Notes: generated by a model from the sequence alone, not told the origin. Counted from the stretch's first letter, positions 1 through 10,370 are shown. The stretch is DNA of 64,000 nucleotides from Chloroflexota bacterium (GCA_050257635.1 JBLMXG010000226.1:9032-73031); one strand, 5' to 3'. Numbers and translations are program-made.

Positions 1-222
1 GTATGCCAGTTCATCGTCTGGCGAGGCTTCAATGAGTCGTTTGCCGACTTCGATCGCCTGGTCGAGCTTTTCTTGATGGGCGTAGGTCATCGCCAACGCA
101 TGGAGAGCGTCGGCGTAATTAGGATCTTCGTCGAGCGCTCGCAGGTAAGCGGCCACGGCGTCGTCCAGCTTTTCCTGGGCGAAGCACTCCATCCCTTGGT
201 GATAAAAATCTTCTTTGCTCAC
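1..222 (-). CDS. TPR repeat protein (C-terminal part lies beyond window edge)
   Basis: My minus-strand translation from GTG at 222 gives VSKEDFYHQGMECFAQEKLDDAVAAYLRALDEDPNYADALHALAMTYAHQEKLDQAIEVGKRL..., with canonical TPR units. The frame stays open to position 1 and starts 7 nt after the upstream stop. Confidence 0.7.
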   Translation of the reverse strand, partial: MSKEDFYHQGMECFAQEKLDDAVAAYLRALDEDPNYADALHALAMTYAHQEKLDQAIEVGKRLIEASPDDELAY

Positions 223-229
223 GATACGT

Positions 230-1384
230 CTAATCGGTTTTTAAGCTCAAGTTCGTATTTTGTGCATGAGGTGAGTACGGCAGGGTGGCGGGGTCAGCTT
301 GCTCGGGGCGACATTGTTGCAAGAGAATTTTTTTAAGCATCGCCGGGTTGACCGGTTTTTTAAAAATAACGCCCTGCAAACCCTCCAAGCAGCTGCGCTT
401 GATGATATGGTCTTTGTCGTAATTGAACGCCGTCATCAAAACCACCGGGAGCTTGGGGCGATTCTTTTTGACGGTTTGATAAAGCTCGTAGCCATCCATG
501 TCCGGCATGACCACGTCGCTTAAAACGAGTTCAAAGGGCTCGCGTTCCAAGCACTCCATCGCGACAACTCCGGAAGATGCGGTCTTGATGCAGCAGCGCT
601 CTGCCTCTAGTAGGTCTTTCAGCGATTGGCGGACGCCAGCGTCGTCATCGACGACCAGCACCCGCAAACCGCCCAACGGAAACCGCGCATCGGCCGTCGA
701 TCGCTCACAGGGTTTTGCCGTTTCATCGACGTGCAAATCCGTCATCATCTTGCCGTGAATATATTCTTTGGTCCCGTACTGCCCTTCGTCAACCATCTGA
801 CTGATGCGGCCTGTGATATCCTGGATTTTCTTGATCTGCGATGTCAGCGAATCGAGCCTTTCCGATTCAAGCAAATAATCTTCGTCGTTCGCCGCCCTTC
901 CCAAGTATTTGCGCAGCATCTCGGTCTGATTGACCAAAATCTCAAGCGAATTGTTGATCTCGTGCGACAGGCCGACGGCAATTTCACCCAGGGTCGCCAG
1001 TTGATCGCGGCGCAGGATCTCGCGCAGATCCTTGGCGAAGCCGATGGAGCCGATTTCACGGCCCTGTTCGTCATAGGTGATCGAAGCAGAGATGGCGACC
1101 GGGATCTGCTCGCCCTTTTTGGTTTTGAAAACTGTCTCGAAATTACGCACATGACCTTTACCCGCGGCGTCGTCAGCGCGCATGGCGGCCATTACTCGAC
1201 GCGCTTCGTCGAGATTCGGATAGATTTCCAGGACATTTTTTCCTAGAACCTCTTCGTAACTGAAGCCGAGATTTTGGCGCGCTCCGTCGTTGTAAAATAT
1301 GATCGTCCCGTGCGTATCGACGGAAATAATAATGTCCGGACAACTCTCGACGAGTTTTTGGAAATATTGTACGGGCAGGGCCAT
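230..1384 (-). CDS. PAS - HisKA(DHp) - receiver signalling protein lacking an HATPase domain
   Basis: ORF 230..1468. The first codon at 1468 is TTG, so ATG at 1384 (MALPVQYFQKLVESCPDIIISVD) is preferred. PAS fold, then H-box LSHEINNSL, then only about 40 aa before REC (VLVVDDD, LSDVVMPDMDG, VVLMTA, FKKP). Confidence 0.85.
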   Translation of the reverse strand: MALPVQYFQKLVESCPDIIISVDTHGTIIFYNDGARQNLGFSYEEVLGKNVLEIYPNLDEARRVMAAMRADDAAGKGHVRNFETVFKTKKGEQIPVAISASITYDEQGREIGSIGFAKDLREILRRDQLATLGEIAVGLSHEINNSLEILVNQTEMLRKYLGRAANDEDYLLESERLDSLTSQIKKIQDITGRISQMVDEGQYGTKEYIHGKMMTDLHVDETAKPCERSTADARFPLGGLRVLVVDDDAGVRQSLKDLLEAERCCIKTASSGVVAMECLEREPFELVLSDVVMPDMDGYELYQTVKKNRPKLPVVLMTAFNYDKDHIIKRSCLEGLQGVIFKKPVNPAMLKKILLQQCRPEQADPATLPYSPHAQNTNLSLKTD

Positions 1385-1478
1385 AGAGCTCGACAGTAGG
1401 TTGCATGATAAGTCGAACGACGCTATCAATGCAAGAGCCCTTGGAATGCATCCGGTTGTCGCGCCCAATCACAAATTC

Positions 1479-3317
1479 ATGGGACCCACAAAAGACACTC
1501 GGCAATTAAATTGGTTCTTGGCTTGGGCGGTAGTTTTCTGCGACATCGGCACATCCGTCTACTACGTGCCGGGCATTCTCTACGGCCATGTCAGAGACGC
1601 CACGCCGTTTTTCGTTTTGCTCACCACCGGCGGTTTTATCCTTCTGTCGCTTAAATACATCGAAATATCTTGGCGCAATCCCGAGGGCGGCGGGGTTGTG
1701 ACGATTACCACCAAAGCCTTCGGCCCCATGTGGGGTTGCCTCGGCGGCATGCTTATCACCGTGGATTATTTTCTCACCACAGCGATTTCTGCGGTGGCTG
1801 GATTTCAATATATCGGCAGCGTTTTCACCGCACTCGACCATTACATCGTGGTACTCTCGTGCGCCGGCGTCGGCGTGCTCGCGCTGCTCAACATCATCGG
1901 CATCCGCGAAAGCGCCACCGTATCACTGGTCATGGCGTGCGCCTCTTTTCTAGTTAATCTGTGCGTCATCGGTATCGCCTTGATCACGATGGACCGCGCT
2001 CAATGGAGCACCGTGCTCAGCAAAATGGGCACGGGACACGCGATTTCCAGCTACGAATTACTGGTCGGGTTCGCCTCGGCGTGGCTCGCCTTTTCCGGTC
2101 TGGAAAGCATCAGCCAGCTCAGCCCAACCATGCGTTTTCCGCTGCGCCGCACGACGCGTTGGGCGATGATCTCGGTGATCGTCACGATGGTGATCACGTC
2201 ACCGGTGCTCACCGCTCTCTCGATCGGCTTGTTGCCCGCGCAGCTCAAAGCGACCCAAAGCGAGCGTTTTATCTCGGAGCTAGGGATGATCGTCGGCGGG
2301 TTTGGCGTCAAGCTCGCGGTGGTGCTGACCGCATCAAGCTTGCTCCTATTCGCGTCGAACACCGCCATCATCGGCTCCTACCATGTTTTCCTGGCCCTGG
2401 TGAAGAGCAGCTTTTTACCCAAGATTATCGCCGTGCGCAATGCCACGTTCAACACACCGCACATCGCCGTGGGCATCACCACGGTGATTCCAGTGCTGGT
2501 GATCATTTCGAGCCGAGGCGAGATGAGGGTGCTGGGCGACATGTATGCCTTCGGCCTGTTGGGCGCCTTCGTGTTTTCATCGCTGAGCCTGGACTCGATT
2601 CGTTGGCAGCTCGGTCGCCGCGACGCCGGCTTCTGGCTCGGCGTCTTTACCACGCTCATGGTCATGGTTGCATGGGGCGTCAATCTGGTCGAGAAACATC
2701 TGGCGACTGCCTTCGGCGGCGCAGTCACCGCCGTCGGTATGCTGATCGCCGTCGGCGTGCGGCGCGCCTGGTTTGTCGATTGGCTCGTCCGCATCCCTTT
2801 CGTGCAGCGGCTCCAAGCGCGCGCCTATCGCGCTTCTGAAGGCCTGGTCGAAGACGAGCTCAAAGGTTTGATGACTCTGGCAGAGGCCGTCGAAGTGAAG
2901 CCGCTCTATTCGTCATCCACACTGTTAGCCCTGCGCGACGAGTCGCCCCGGCTGATCCAAGAAGGCATCACCCGTGCCAAAGGACGCGGCGAACCAGCGC
3001 TCTACTGTGTCTACGTCGAAGAGTGGCCGGGGCTCTTTAGCGGCGACACACCGCACGTCCCCAACGAGGAAGGCGTGCGCACCTTGCTTGCAGCCCTCCA
3101 CGCCGTGCGCGAAAAGAACATCGAAGTGATTCCGATCTGGGCCGTTTCGCATAACGCGGCCGAAGCGATAGCCAACGCCGCCAAAGTGCTCGACGTCGAC
3201 GCGGTCATTATCGGCGCCTCGCGTCGCTCGGCTTTCTACCACATGCTGCGCGGCCATGTCGTTAAGGGATTGATGAAGCAGCTGCCGCGAGACTGTCATC
3301 TGATGATCGTCAATTGA
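1479..3317 (+). CDS. APC-family amino acid/cation permease fused to a C-terminal universal stress protein (USP) domain
   Basis: ORF 1299..3317, with ATG at 1479 (MGPTKDTRQLNW) preferred. About 12 hydrophobic helices are followed by a USP-like tail (ALYCVYVEEW...VDAVIIGASRRSAFYHMLRGHVV). Confidence 0.85.
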   Translation: MGPTKDTRQLNWFLAWAVVFCDIGTSVYYVPGILYGHVRDATPFFVLLTTGGFILLSLKYIEISWRNPEGGGVVTITTKAFGPMWGCLGGMLITVDYFLTTAISAVAGFQYIGSVFTALDHYIVVLSCAGVGVLALLNIIGIRESATVSLVMACASFLVNLCVIGIALITMDRAQWSTVLSKMGTGHAISSYELLVGFASAWLAFSGLESISQLSPTMRFPLRRTTRWAMISVIVTMVITSPVLTALSIGLLPAQLKATQSERFISELGMIVGGFGVKLAVVLTASSLLLFASNTAIIGSYHVFLALVKSSFLPKIIAVRNATFNTPHIAVGITTVIPVLVIISSRGEMRVLGDMYAFGLLGAFVFSSLSLDSIRWQLGRRDAGFWLGVFTTLMVMVAWGVNLVEKHLATAFGGAVTAVGMLIAVGVRRAWFVDWLVRIPFVQRLQARAYRASEGLVEDELKGLMTLAEAVEVKPLYSSSTLLALRDESPRLIQEGITRAKGRGEPALYCVYVEEWPGLFSGDTPHVPNEEGVRTLLAALHAVREKNIEVIPIWAVSHNAAEAIANAAKVLDVDAVIIGASRRSAFYHMLRGHVVKGLMKQLPRDCHLMIVN

Positions 3318-3347
3318 AACCATCAAAGTTTGGACTTTGATGGTTTC
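3316..3347. terminator. Perfect 14-bp stem / 4-nt loop hairpin between convergent genes
   Basis: GAAACCATCAAAGT-ttgg-ACTTTGATGGTTTC begins inside the permease stop codon. There is no clear T-tract on either side. Confidence 0.5.
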
Positions 3348-3451
3348 ACCCTGAGCGCCAGCGAAGGATCTCGTTTTCCGCAAGACCAATATGGATCTCA
3401 AACTCGATTGGCAAAACTCTCGGTGCCGGTCAATTCGCCGCCAATCGCCGA

Positions 3452-4459
3452 TTATTTCATGCCCAAGCTCTTGAGAAATCCGGACTTGTTCAGCGCATCG
3501 ACAAAGGAGTTGTCGTAGAAGTCTTTTGGCTCAGCATTTTTGGCGTTGGGAAATTCCTTTTCGTCAAGATAGGCAAACTGTCCTTTGACCGCTTCCGGGC
3601 GCACCGCGAGGCTCATCGCCCAGTACGGCGCAAACGCTTTGTAGGTGCCGTCGATGGTCGGCCCGTCTTCGATCTTGGCATATTTGGCGATGGCCTTTTT
3701 TGCTATGGTGGGCTCTTTGCGCGACAACACGACGCCTTCAGCGACCGCTTTAAGAAATGCGTAAACCGAGTTCGGATTGTTCTTGAGATATTTTTCCGTC
3801 GTGCCGTAAGCCACTTGGAACGCGGGAATATTGAGCTTGCCGATATCGACCAAGAGATTGAGCCCCGCTTCCTTCGCCTTCAAAGTGTTCGGCGCAGAGA
3901 GCGTTCCCGCTGCGGTCTTGCCGCCGAGCACGGCGCTCAAGATCGCCGGCACCGACTGTACGTAGAGAATTTGTACATCCTTATCCGGCACCAGGCCGTT
4001 TTTTTTCAGCGCTTCACGAGTTGCGGTATCGAGCGCCGCTCGCGGCGTGCTTGCCGCGATCGTCTTCCGCTTGAGCGCTTGCACCGTTTTGATTTCCTTT
4101 GCCGCCCAGATTTGAAATACCAGCTGCTGCATGGTGCCGCCAAAGTATTTGACCTGCGCGCCGCGCAATCGCGCATTGATCAGATCTGGTCCGTCGGTGT
4201 AAAAGTCCGCTTCCTCGGAAACCACCGCTTGAGCCGAGACCTGCGGCGTGAGCAGCTGCAAAGTCGCGTTCAAGCCATGCTTCTTGTACAACCCCGCTTC
4301 GTAGGCGACCCAGATCGGGGTAAAGGCGCCGCTTGGCTGCGCGTAAGTCACCACCACGTCCGCTTTCTCGGGCTTGCCGCCGACTTCAGCAGCTTGCGAC
4401 GCGCCCAGTGCGGTCAACGAAAAAAACGACATAAAAAGAATGAAGCCGCGAATTTTCAT
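3452..4459 (-). CDS. NMT1/THI5-like (NitT/TauT family) ABC substrate-binding protein, secreted
   Basis: Signal peptide MKIRGFILFMSFFSLTALGASQA. Overall resemblance to aliphatic sulfonate/nitrate-type periplasmic binding proteins. Orphan: no permease or ATPase lies adjacent. Confidence 0.8.
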   Translation of the reverse strand: MKIRGFILFMSFFSLTALGASQAAEVGGKPEKADVVVTYAQPSGAFTPIWVAYEAGLYKKHGLNATLQLLTPQVSAQAVVSEEADFYTDGPDLINARLRGAQVKYFGGTMQQLVFQIWAAKEIKTVQALKRKTIAASTPRAALDTATREALKKNGLVPDKDVQILYVQSVPAILSAVLGGKTAAGTLSAPNTLKAKEAGLNLLVDIGKLNIPAFQVAYGTTEKYLKNNPNSVYAFLKAVAEGVVLSRKEPTIAKKAIAKYAKIEDGPTIDGTYKAFAPYWAMSLAVRPEAVKGQFAYLDEKEFPNAKNAEPKDFYDNSFVDALNKSGFLKSLGMK

Positions 4460-4529
4460 ATGCCTCCCTGAAAAATCTGCACAACTTTCAATTCTACAAA
4501 AGTTCTAAGAGCAACCGGATGGGTGACAC

Positions 4530-6281
4530 TTATTCCATCGTCGCCGGCCGGGCATCGACGATTTTCAACTCAACGTTGGTCGTCCCGTTCCACTCGTTCG
4601 TGGTCAAGCGGTAGGCGATGTCGATGCTCTCACCCGGTTTGCCGGGAAAATCGTCACCGACGCCGAAAATAACTGCGCTCAGCATGCGCCCGCCCTGGCG
4701 CAGCCGGTAACGGACACCGGCGGCAAAGATTTTTCGCTCACACACCTCCACCCCAGTGGTCATGAAAAGCGGCTCCGGGTTGCCGATGCCGTAAGGTTCG
4801 AGGAATTCGAGCTCGCGCGCCAGCGGCAATCCGATATCGGAAAATGCCAGCGACGCGTCCGCTTCGAGCAGCGGCACAAGGTCTTCCTCGGTCAGGATCT
4901 GCCGTGCGACCGTCTCGAAAGCGTCGGTGAAATCCTCGAGCTGCTCCGGTTTTATGGACAGTCCGCCGGCATACTCATGGCCGCCGAACTTTCCTAAGTG
5001 CTGCGCGCAGCGGCGAAAGCCTTCGACCATGTGAAAGCCGCGGATACTGCGCGCAGAGCCTTTGCCGGCACCGTCGACAAAGCTGATGATCACAGTGGGG
5101 CGATAATATTTTTCGACGATGCGCGAAGCGACGATGCCCAGCACGCCCGGATGCCACCCCTTCCCGGCGAGCACGAGGGAGCTGCGATCGCCGCGCGCCA
5201 GGATAGCCTGGGCCTGCGCCTGCGCTTGATCGAGGACTTTGGTCTCGATCGTGCGCCGTATACTATTGTGGTCCTCCAACTCGAGAGCAATGCGCGACGC
5301 CACTTCGGGCGAGTCGGTGGTCAGCAGCTCAACAATTTTAATTCCGTAATCGATCCGTCCGGCGGCATTGATCCGCGGACCGAGGCGAAACCCGACCTGT
5401 CCCGCGCTCACGTCACCGGGACCGATGTTTGACACCTGTTTGAGCGCCACGACGCCGGGCCGCTGCGAGACGGTCAATTCGGCCAGGCCACGCCGAATCA
5501 GCGTGCGGTTGACCCCCTTGAGCGGTACCATGTCGGCAATAGTTCCAAGCGTGACAATATCGAGATGGCGCCGGATGTCGGGGTCCGTCGAATTTTTAAA
5601 CCAGCCCGCTTCGCGCAGCCTGGCGCGCAGCCCGATCACCAGATAGAAAGCCAAACCTGCGGCGCACAGCCCTTTGTCGGGAAACGAACAGTCCTTCCGG
5701 TGCGGATTGATCACCGCCACGGCGGGCGGCAGCCCATCAGGCGGCTGATGATGATCAACGACGACGAGGTCGAGGCCCATCTCGGCGGCGGCCTGGACTT
5801 CCGCCGCATTGGAGATGCCGCAGTCGATGGTGATAACAAGATCAACGCCGCGCTGTTTTAGTCGGTGCAAGCCATCGATGTTCAAGCCGTAGCCTTCGTC
5901 GATGCGGTGCGGGACGTAATAGATCGGTTCGCTGCCAATTTCGCGCAGAAACGATACCAGTACCGAGGTGCCGGTGGTGCCATCGACATCGTAATCGCCC
6001 CAGATTCCAATCCGTTCTTTGCGCTGAATGGCCTCGACGATGCGCCGCACCGCAACCTCCATGTCGGCCATTGCGAACGGCGAGGGCAGGTCGCTGCGCA
6101 GACTCGATGACAGATAGCGGCGAGCGGACGGCGCGTCGGCAAGACCGCGCTGAACCAGAATGCGCGCCAGCAAAAGTGAAATATTGAGCTGTTGGGCTTG
6201 GCGGGCGATGGTTTGCGGGTCGGCTTCCCTGATCACCCAGCGTTTTTTCAAAGCCGTGGCATTCCCTTCAAGACACCGCAT
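4530..6281 (-). CDS. recJ: Single-stranded-DNA-specific exonuclease RecJ
   Basis: DHH motifs GIWGDYDVDGTTG and VVVDHHQP, plus a DHHA1 region (GGHEYAGG). The ORF's top codon at 6290 is TTG; the first ATG is at 6281. Confidence 0.93.
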   Translation of the reverse strand: MRCLEGNATALKKRWVIREADPQTIARQAQQLNISLLLARILVQRGLADAPSARRYLSSSLRSDLPSPFAMADMEVAVRRIVEAIQRKERIGIWGDYDVDGTTGTSVLVSFLREIGSEPIYYVPHRIDEGYGLNIDGLHRLKQRGVDLVITIDCGISNAAEVQAAAEMGLDLVVVDHHQPPDGLPPAVAVINPHRKDCSFPDKGLCAAGLAFYLVIGLRARLREAGWFKNSTDPDIRRHLDIVTLGTIADMVPLKGVNRTLIRRGLAELTVSQRPGVVALKQVSNIGPGDVSAGQVGFRLGPRINAAGRIDYGIKIVELLTTDSPEVASRIALELEDHNSIRRTIETKVLDQAQAQAQAILARGDRSSLVLAGKGWHPGVLGIVASRIVEKYYRPTVIISFVDGAGKGSARSIRGFHMVEGFRRCAQHLGKFGGHEYAGGLSIKPEQLEDFTDAFETVARQILTEEDLVPLLEADASLAFSDIGLPLARELEFLEPYGIGNPEPLFMTTGVEVCERKIFAAGVRYRLRQGGRMLSAVIFGVGDDFPGKPGESIDIAYRLTTNEWNGTTNVELKIVDARPATME

Positions 6282-6377
6282 CGGTGACAAATCGGGCGGC
6301 GGGTATTGCGCCGTCTAGGATCGCTGCGGCGCTGGCAATTGACCGATGGCGTTTTTGCGGCCGCGACATTGGCACCA

Positions 6378-7283
6378 TCACTTATTTCTGGCCGGCTGCT
6401 TCTCCCACAATAGAATCACCGGGCTGGCGATATAGATCGTCGAATAGACTCCCGAGAAGAATCCCACCAGCAAGGCAAAGGCGAATGGCCGAATGACCTC
6501 GCCGCCGAGAATATAAAGCGCCACCAGGACCATGATGGCGGTGCTCACCGTGATAATGGTTCGGCTCAACGTTTCATTGATGCTGGTGTTGATGATGCTT
6601 TCGAGGCTTTCGCGCTTGATCCTGCGCATATTCTCGCGAATCCGGTCGCAGACGATCACGGTGTCGTTGACCGAGTAACCGACGATCGTCAGGAGCGCCG
6701 CGACGATCGTCAGGTCGAACTCGTAGTTCGCGAGCATCAGAGCGCCGATGGTGACAAGCACGTCGTGCACCAGAGCGATCACGGCCCCCACGCCGAAGCG
6801 GAACTCGAATCGGATCCAGATGTACGCCCCCATCATGATTGTCGCCGCGATGACCGACATGGCGCCGCGAAAGCGCAGATCCTCGCCGACCTTCGGTCCG
6901 ACCGACTCAATGCGCCGGATCTCAAATTTGTCTGCGCCGAACTGATTGGCGAGTCCCTTTTTGACCTGCTCGCTCAGCGCGCCAAGCTGCACGGATGTTT
7001 TTTCCAAGCGAACCAAGTATTCGTTGGAACTAGCCTCGCCAAAATTTTGAATCACCGCGCCACCGAGATTGACTTTGTCGAGCGCTTGGCGAATATCACG
7101 GATCGAAGCTTTTTGCTGAAGTTTGAGCTGCACGACCGTCCCGCCGGCGAAGTCGACGCCAAGATTCGGCCCTTTGATGAAAAGGATCAGCAACACCGCC
7201 ACGTTGACGACCGTCGAAATGATAAATGCGATCTTCCGGTAGCGGGTAAACGGGATGTTGGTGCCTGGCTTGATGAGTTCCAT
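6378..7283 (-). CDS. secF: Protein translocase subunit SecF
   Basis: 301 aa with six TM segments and typical SecF sequence (VDFAGGT..., YSVNDTVIVCDRIRE). Sits immediately after secD. Confidence 0.95.
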   Translation of the reverse strand: MELIKPGTNIPFTRYRKIAFIISTVVNVAVLLILFIKGPNLGVDFAGGTVVQLKLQQKASIRDIRQALDKVNLGGAVIQNFGEASSNEYLVRLEKTSVQLGALSEQVKKGLANQFGADKFEIRRIESVGPKVGEDLRFRGAMSVIAATIMMGAYIWIRFEFRFGVGAVIALVHDVLVTIGALMLANYEFDLTIVAALLTIVGYSVNDTVIVCDRIRENMRRIKRESLESIINTSINETLSRTIITVSTAIMVLVALYILGGEVIRPFAFALLVGFFSGVYSTIYIASPVILLWEKQPARNK

Positions 7284-7294
7284 GATTTTGCCTC

Positions 7295-8896
7295 TTAGAT
7301 GCTGACGCGCTCGAGCTTGCGGGAGGTCATCCGGTAGTCATAATAAATTCGCGTCAGGTAAACCGCCGTCAGTATCGTCGTGGCAATGCCGACGCAAAGA
7401 GTTACAGCGAAGCCTTTGATGGGGCCGGTGCCAAACTGAAAAAGAATCACGCCCGAAAGGAACGTCGTAACGTTGGAATCGAGAATTGCCGGCAGGGCGT
7501 TTTTGTAACCCGCTTCGATTGCCGAGCGCACCGCCCGTCCCGCGCGCAACTCTTCTCGAATTCGCTCATTGATCAGGACGTTGGCATCCACGGCCATGCC
7601 GATCGTCAACACGATGCCGGCGATGCCGGGCAGAGTTAATACGGCTTGGAATCCCGCCAACACCGCGAGCAGATAGACGATGTTGAAAATCACTGCCACT
7701 ACCGCCAGCAACCCCGCGCCCTTGTAGTAAGCGATCATGAACACGATCACCAGCGTGCCGCCGACGATAAACGAGGTGACGCCTTGGTTGATCGAATCCT
7801 GGCCGAGAGAAGGTCCAACGGTGCGCTCCTCGGCGATTTCTACCGGCGCAGGCAACGCGCCCGCGCGCAACACGATGGCTAAATCCCGCGCTTCTTTAAT
7901 GTCGAAATTGCCCGTGATCGAAGCGCGGCCGCCGCCGATGCGCTCTTGGATCACCGGGGCGGAATAGACCCGATTATCGAGCACGATGGCCAGCCGCCGT
8001 TTCACGTTAGCCGCGGTAATTTGCTCAAACAGACGCGCGCCGGAGTTATTGAGGATCAGCTCAACGGAGGCCCCTTGAAGCTGCTGCGCCGGCCGAACCC
8101 GCGCGTCTTGAATGTATTCGCCCGTCATCAACGGGCGGGACTCGACGACGTAAGCTTGCTTTTCCGTGCCGATGTTCTCGCCCTTGCCCGGGTGACCGTA
8201 CAGCACTTCGCGTCCCGGCGGAGGTCCGTTTTTGATCGCGTCTTCGACGTTTGCGTTGTCGTCGACCAACTTGAACTCCAAGAGCGCGGTTTTGCCGATG
8301 ATCTCCTTGGCGCGCTCGGGATCTTGAATGCCCGGCAATTGAATCAAAATGTCGCTCTGACCCTGGCGTTGGATGATCGGCTCACTGACGCCGAATTGAT
8401 CGATCCGGTTGCGGATCGTCTCCAACGACTGATCCACCGCATAATCTCGCAACGAGCGCATTTCCTCCTTACTCAGCGTCAAAAAACTGTCGGTAACGCC
8501 GGCGCTGGTTTGGGTCGGCTTGGCTTCGACCAGGTTGGCAAAATCAGTCTTTAAAATTCCGCGCACCTGTTCGGCAACCGCCGCGGGCATTTTGATGTGC
8601 AGCTGCGTCCCGTCGACACGCTCCACCGAGATGCCCGACACACCTTTTTCACGGAATGCGTTGCTCAGCTCGCCTCTCACCCGCTCGATGTTGTTTTCGA
8701 CGGCCTTGTCTACCTTGACTTCGAGAACCAAATGACTGCCGCCCTGAAGGTCGAGTCCCAAGTGAATTTTGTCGCCCGGCAAGAAACTCGTCCACCACTC
8801 GGGCAGCGGCCCGACGAAGGTCGGAACGAGGTAAATGACCGCCGCCAGCGTGGCGATACCGAATAGAATCACTCGCGTCAGTACGCTCTGCTGCAT
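7295..8896 (-). CDS. secD: Protein translocase subunit SecD
   Basis: 533 aa with a large periplasmic loop and a C-terminal TM bundle (LGLDLQGG, GPSLGQDSI, VDANVLINERIREE). Confidence 0.95.
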   Translation of the reverse strand: MQQSVLTRVILFGIATLAAVIYLVPTFVGPLPEWWTSFLPGDKIHLGLDLQGGSHLVLEVKVDKAVENNIERVRGELSNAFREKGVSGISVERVDGTQLHIKMPAAVAEQVRGILKTDFANLVEAKPTQTSAGVTDSFLTLSKEEMRSLRDYAVDQSLETIRNRIDQFGVSEPIIQRQGQSDILIQLPGIQDPERAKEIIGKTALLEFKLVDDNANVEDAIKNGPPPGREVLYGHPGKGENIGTEKQAYVVESRPLMTGEYIQDARVRPAQQLQGASVELILNNSGARLFEQITAANVKRRLAIVLDNRVYSAPVIQERIGGGRASITGNFDIKEARDLAIVLRAGALPAPVEIAEERTVGPSLGQDSINQGVTSFIVGGTLVIVFMIAYYKGAGLLAVVAVIFNIVYLLAVLAGFQAVLTLPGIAGIVLTIGMAVDANVLINERIREELRAGRAVRSAIEAGYKNALPAILDSNVTTFLSGVILFQFGTGPIKGFAVTLCVGIATTILTAVYLTRIYYDYRMTSRKLERVSI

Positions 8897-8899
8897 TCC

Positions 8900-9235
8900 C
8901 TATTCCTTTCCTTCCTTCCCTGCCGCCTTCTCACCGGTGAGAACCGCGGCGATTTGCGGTCGGTGCACGCGCACTCTGACATTCGGCGCTACCTCCAGCG
9001 TCACTACAGTTTCCTTCAAGTCGACTACCTTACCGTAAATTCCCCCGGAGGTCATCACTTCGTCGTTGCGCTTCAACTTGTTGAGCATATCCTGGTGCTC
9101 TTTCGATTTTTTTTGCTGCGGACGTATCACCATGAAATACATAATTACGAAAATCAAAATGAACGGGACAACCGTCACCAGCGGCCCCGGGCCGCCGACC
9201 CCCGGCGCACCCTGCGCATAAGCCAATTCAACCAT
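8900..9235 (-). CDS. yajC: Preprotein translocase subunit YajC
   Basis: 111 aa with a single TM, then RPQQKKSKEHQDMLNKLKRNDEVMTSGGIYGKV. Conserved tgt-yajC-secDF context. Confidence 0.93.
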   Translation of the reverse strand: MVELAYAQGAPGVGGPGPLVTVVPFILIFVIMYFMVIRPQQKKSKEHQDMLNKLKRNDEVMTSGGIYGKVVDLKETVVTLEVAPNVRVRVHRPQIAAVLTGEKAAGKEGKE

Positions 9236-9257
9236 GTTTCCTCCCTAAATTTCCGCC

Positions 9258-10367
9258 TCACGGACCGTCGCCGACACTGTCTAGTTGGGCCCACAGCTCG
9301 GCCTTGTCGGCGCGAATTGCCTCCCGACACTTATCCATGAGCCGGTGATAAAAGTAAAGATTGTGCAGACTATTTAATTGCGCCGAGAGAATTTCGCTGG
9401 CCATGTAGAGATGGCGCAGATAAGCCCGCGAAAAATGGCGGCAAGCGTAGCAGCCGCAGTCCGGATCGAGCGGCCGCCTGTCGGCGGCAAACTCGGCGCG
9501 CTTGATGTTGAGCTTGCCGCCGGACGTGTAGAGCGTGCCATTGCGCGCATTGCGCGTCGGGATCACGCAGTCGAACATATCGAAGCCGGCGCGCACTGCA
9601 TGGACGATATCCCGCGGCCGTCCCACACCCATCAGATAACGCGGCCGGTCGGCTGGCAGCAGGCCGACGGTAAAGCTGCCGATGGCGTTGAGCTGCTCTT
9701 CGCCCTCGCCGACGCCCAGTCCGCCCACGGCAAAGCCCTCGAACGGCAGCGGCGCCAGCGCCTCGACGCAGCGGCGGCGCAGATCCTCGAACAGGCCGCC
9801 CTGAACGATGCCGAACATCAGTTGCGCCGTGTTGCCGCGCGCCCGCAGACAGCGCTCCGCCCAGCACAGGGTGCGTGCGGTGGACGCTTCGACGTAGCCG
9901 CGCGACGCATCGGCGGGGATGCACTCGTCGAGCACCATCGCGACATCGCTGCCGAGCGCTTCCTGAATCTCAACCGCCTTTTCCGGCGTGAGCAGGTGAT
10001 GGGAGCCGTCCAAGTGGGACTGAAAGCGTGCGCCGTCGTCGGTGATCTTACGCATCGCGCCCAAGCTGTAAACCTGATAGCCGCCGCTGTCGGTCAGGAT
10101 CGGCCCGTCCCAGCCCATGAAACGATGCAGGCCGCCCAATTCGCGGATCAACTCATGGCCAGGCCGCAAATAAAGATGATAAGTGTTACCGAGCAAAATC
10201 TGGCAGCCCATCTCTTTCAAATCGCGCGGCAGCACCGCCTTCACCGTGCCTTGGGTGCCAACCGGCATGAAGCAAGGGGTCTCGACTTCGCCGTGCGCTG
10301 TAACCAGCCGGCCAAGCCGGGCCTTGCTGTTTGAGTCGTTCCTGAGAACGGTAAATGGGTTGGGCAT
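9258..10367 (-). CDS. tgt: tRNA-guanine(34) transglycosylase (queuine tRNA-ribosyltransferase)
   Basis: LTDSGGYQV catalytic region and zinc site CGCYACRHFSRAYLRHL. 369 aa. Confidence 0.96.
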   Translation of the reverse strand: MPNPFTVLRNDSNSKARLGRLVTAHGEVETPCFMPVGTQGTVKAVLPRDLKEMGCQILLGNTYHLYLRPGHELIRELGGLHRFMGWDGPILTDSGGYQVYSLGAMRKITDDGARFQSHLDGSHHLLTPEKAVEIQEALGSDVAMVLDECIPADASRGYVEASTARTLCWAERCLRARGNTAQLMFGIVQGGLFEDLRRRCVEALAPLPFEGFAVGGLGVGEGEEQLNAIGSFTVGLLPADRPRYLMGVGRPRDIVHAVRAGFDMFDCVIPTRNARNGTLYTSGGKLNIKRAEFAADRRPLDPDCGCYACRHFSRAYLRHLYMASEILSAQLNSLHNLYFYHRLMDKCREAIRADKAELWAQLDSVGDGP

Positions 10368-10370
10368 GGC

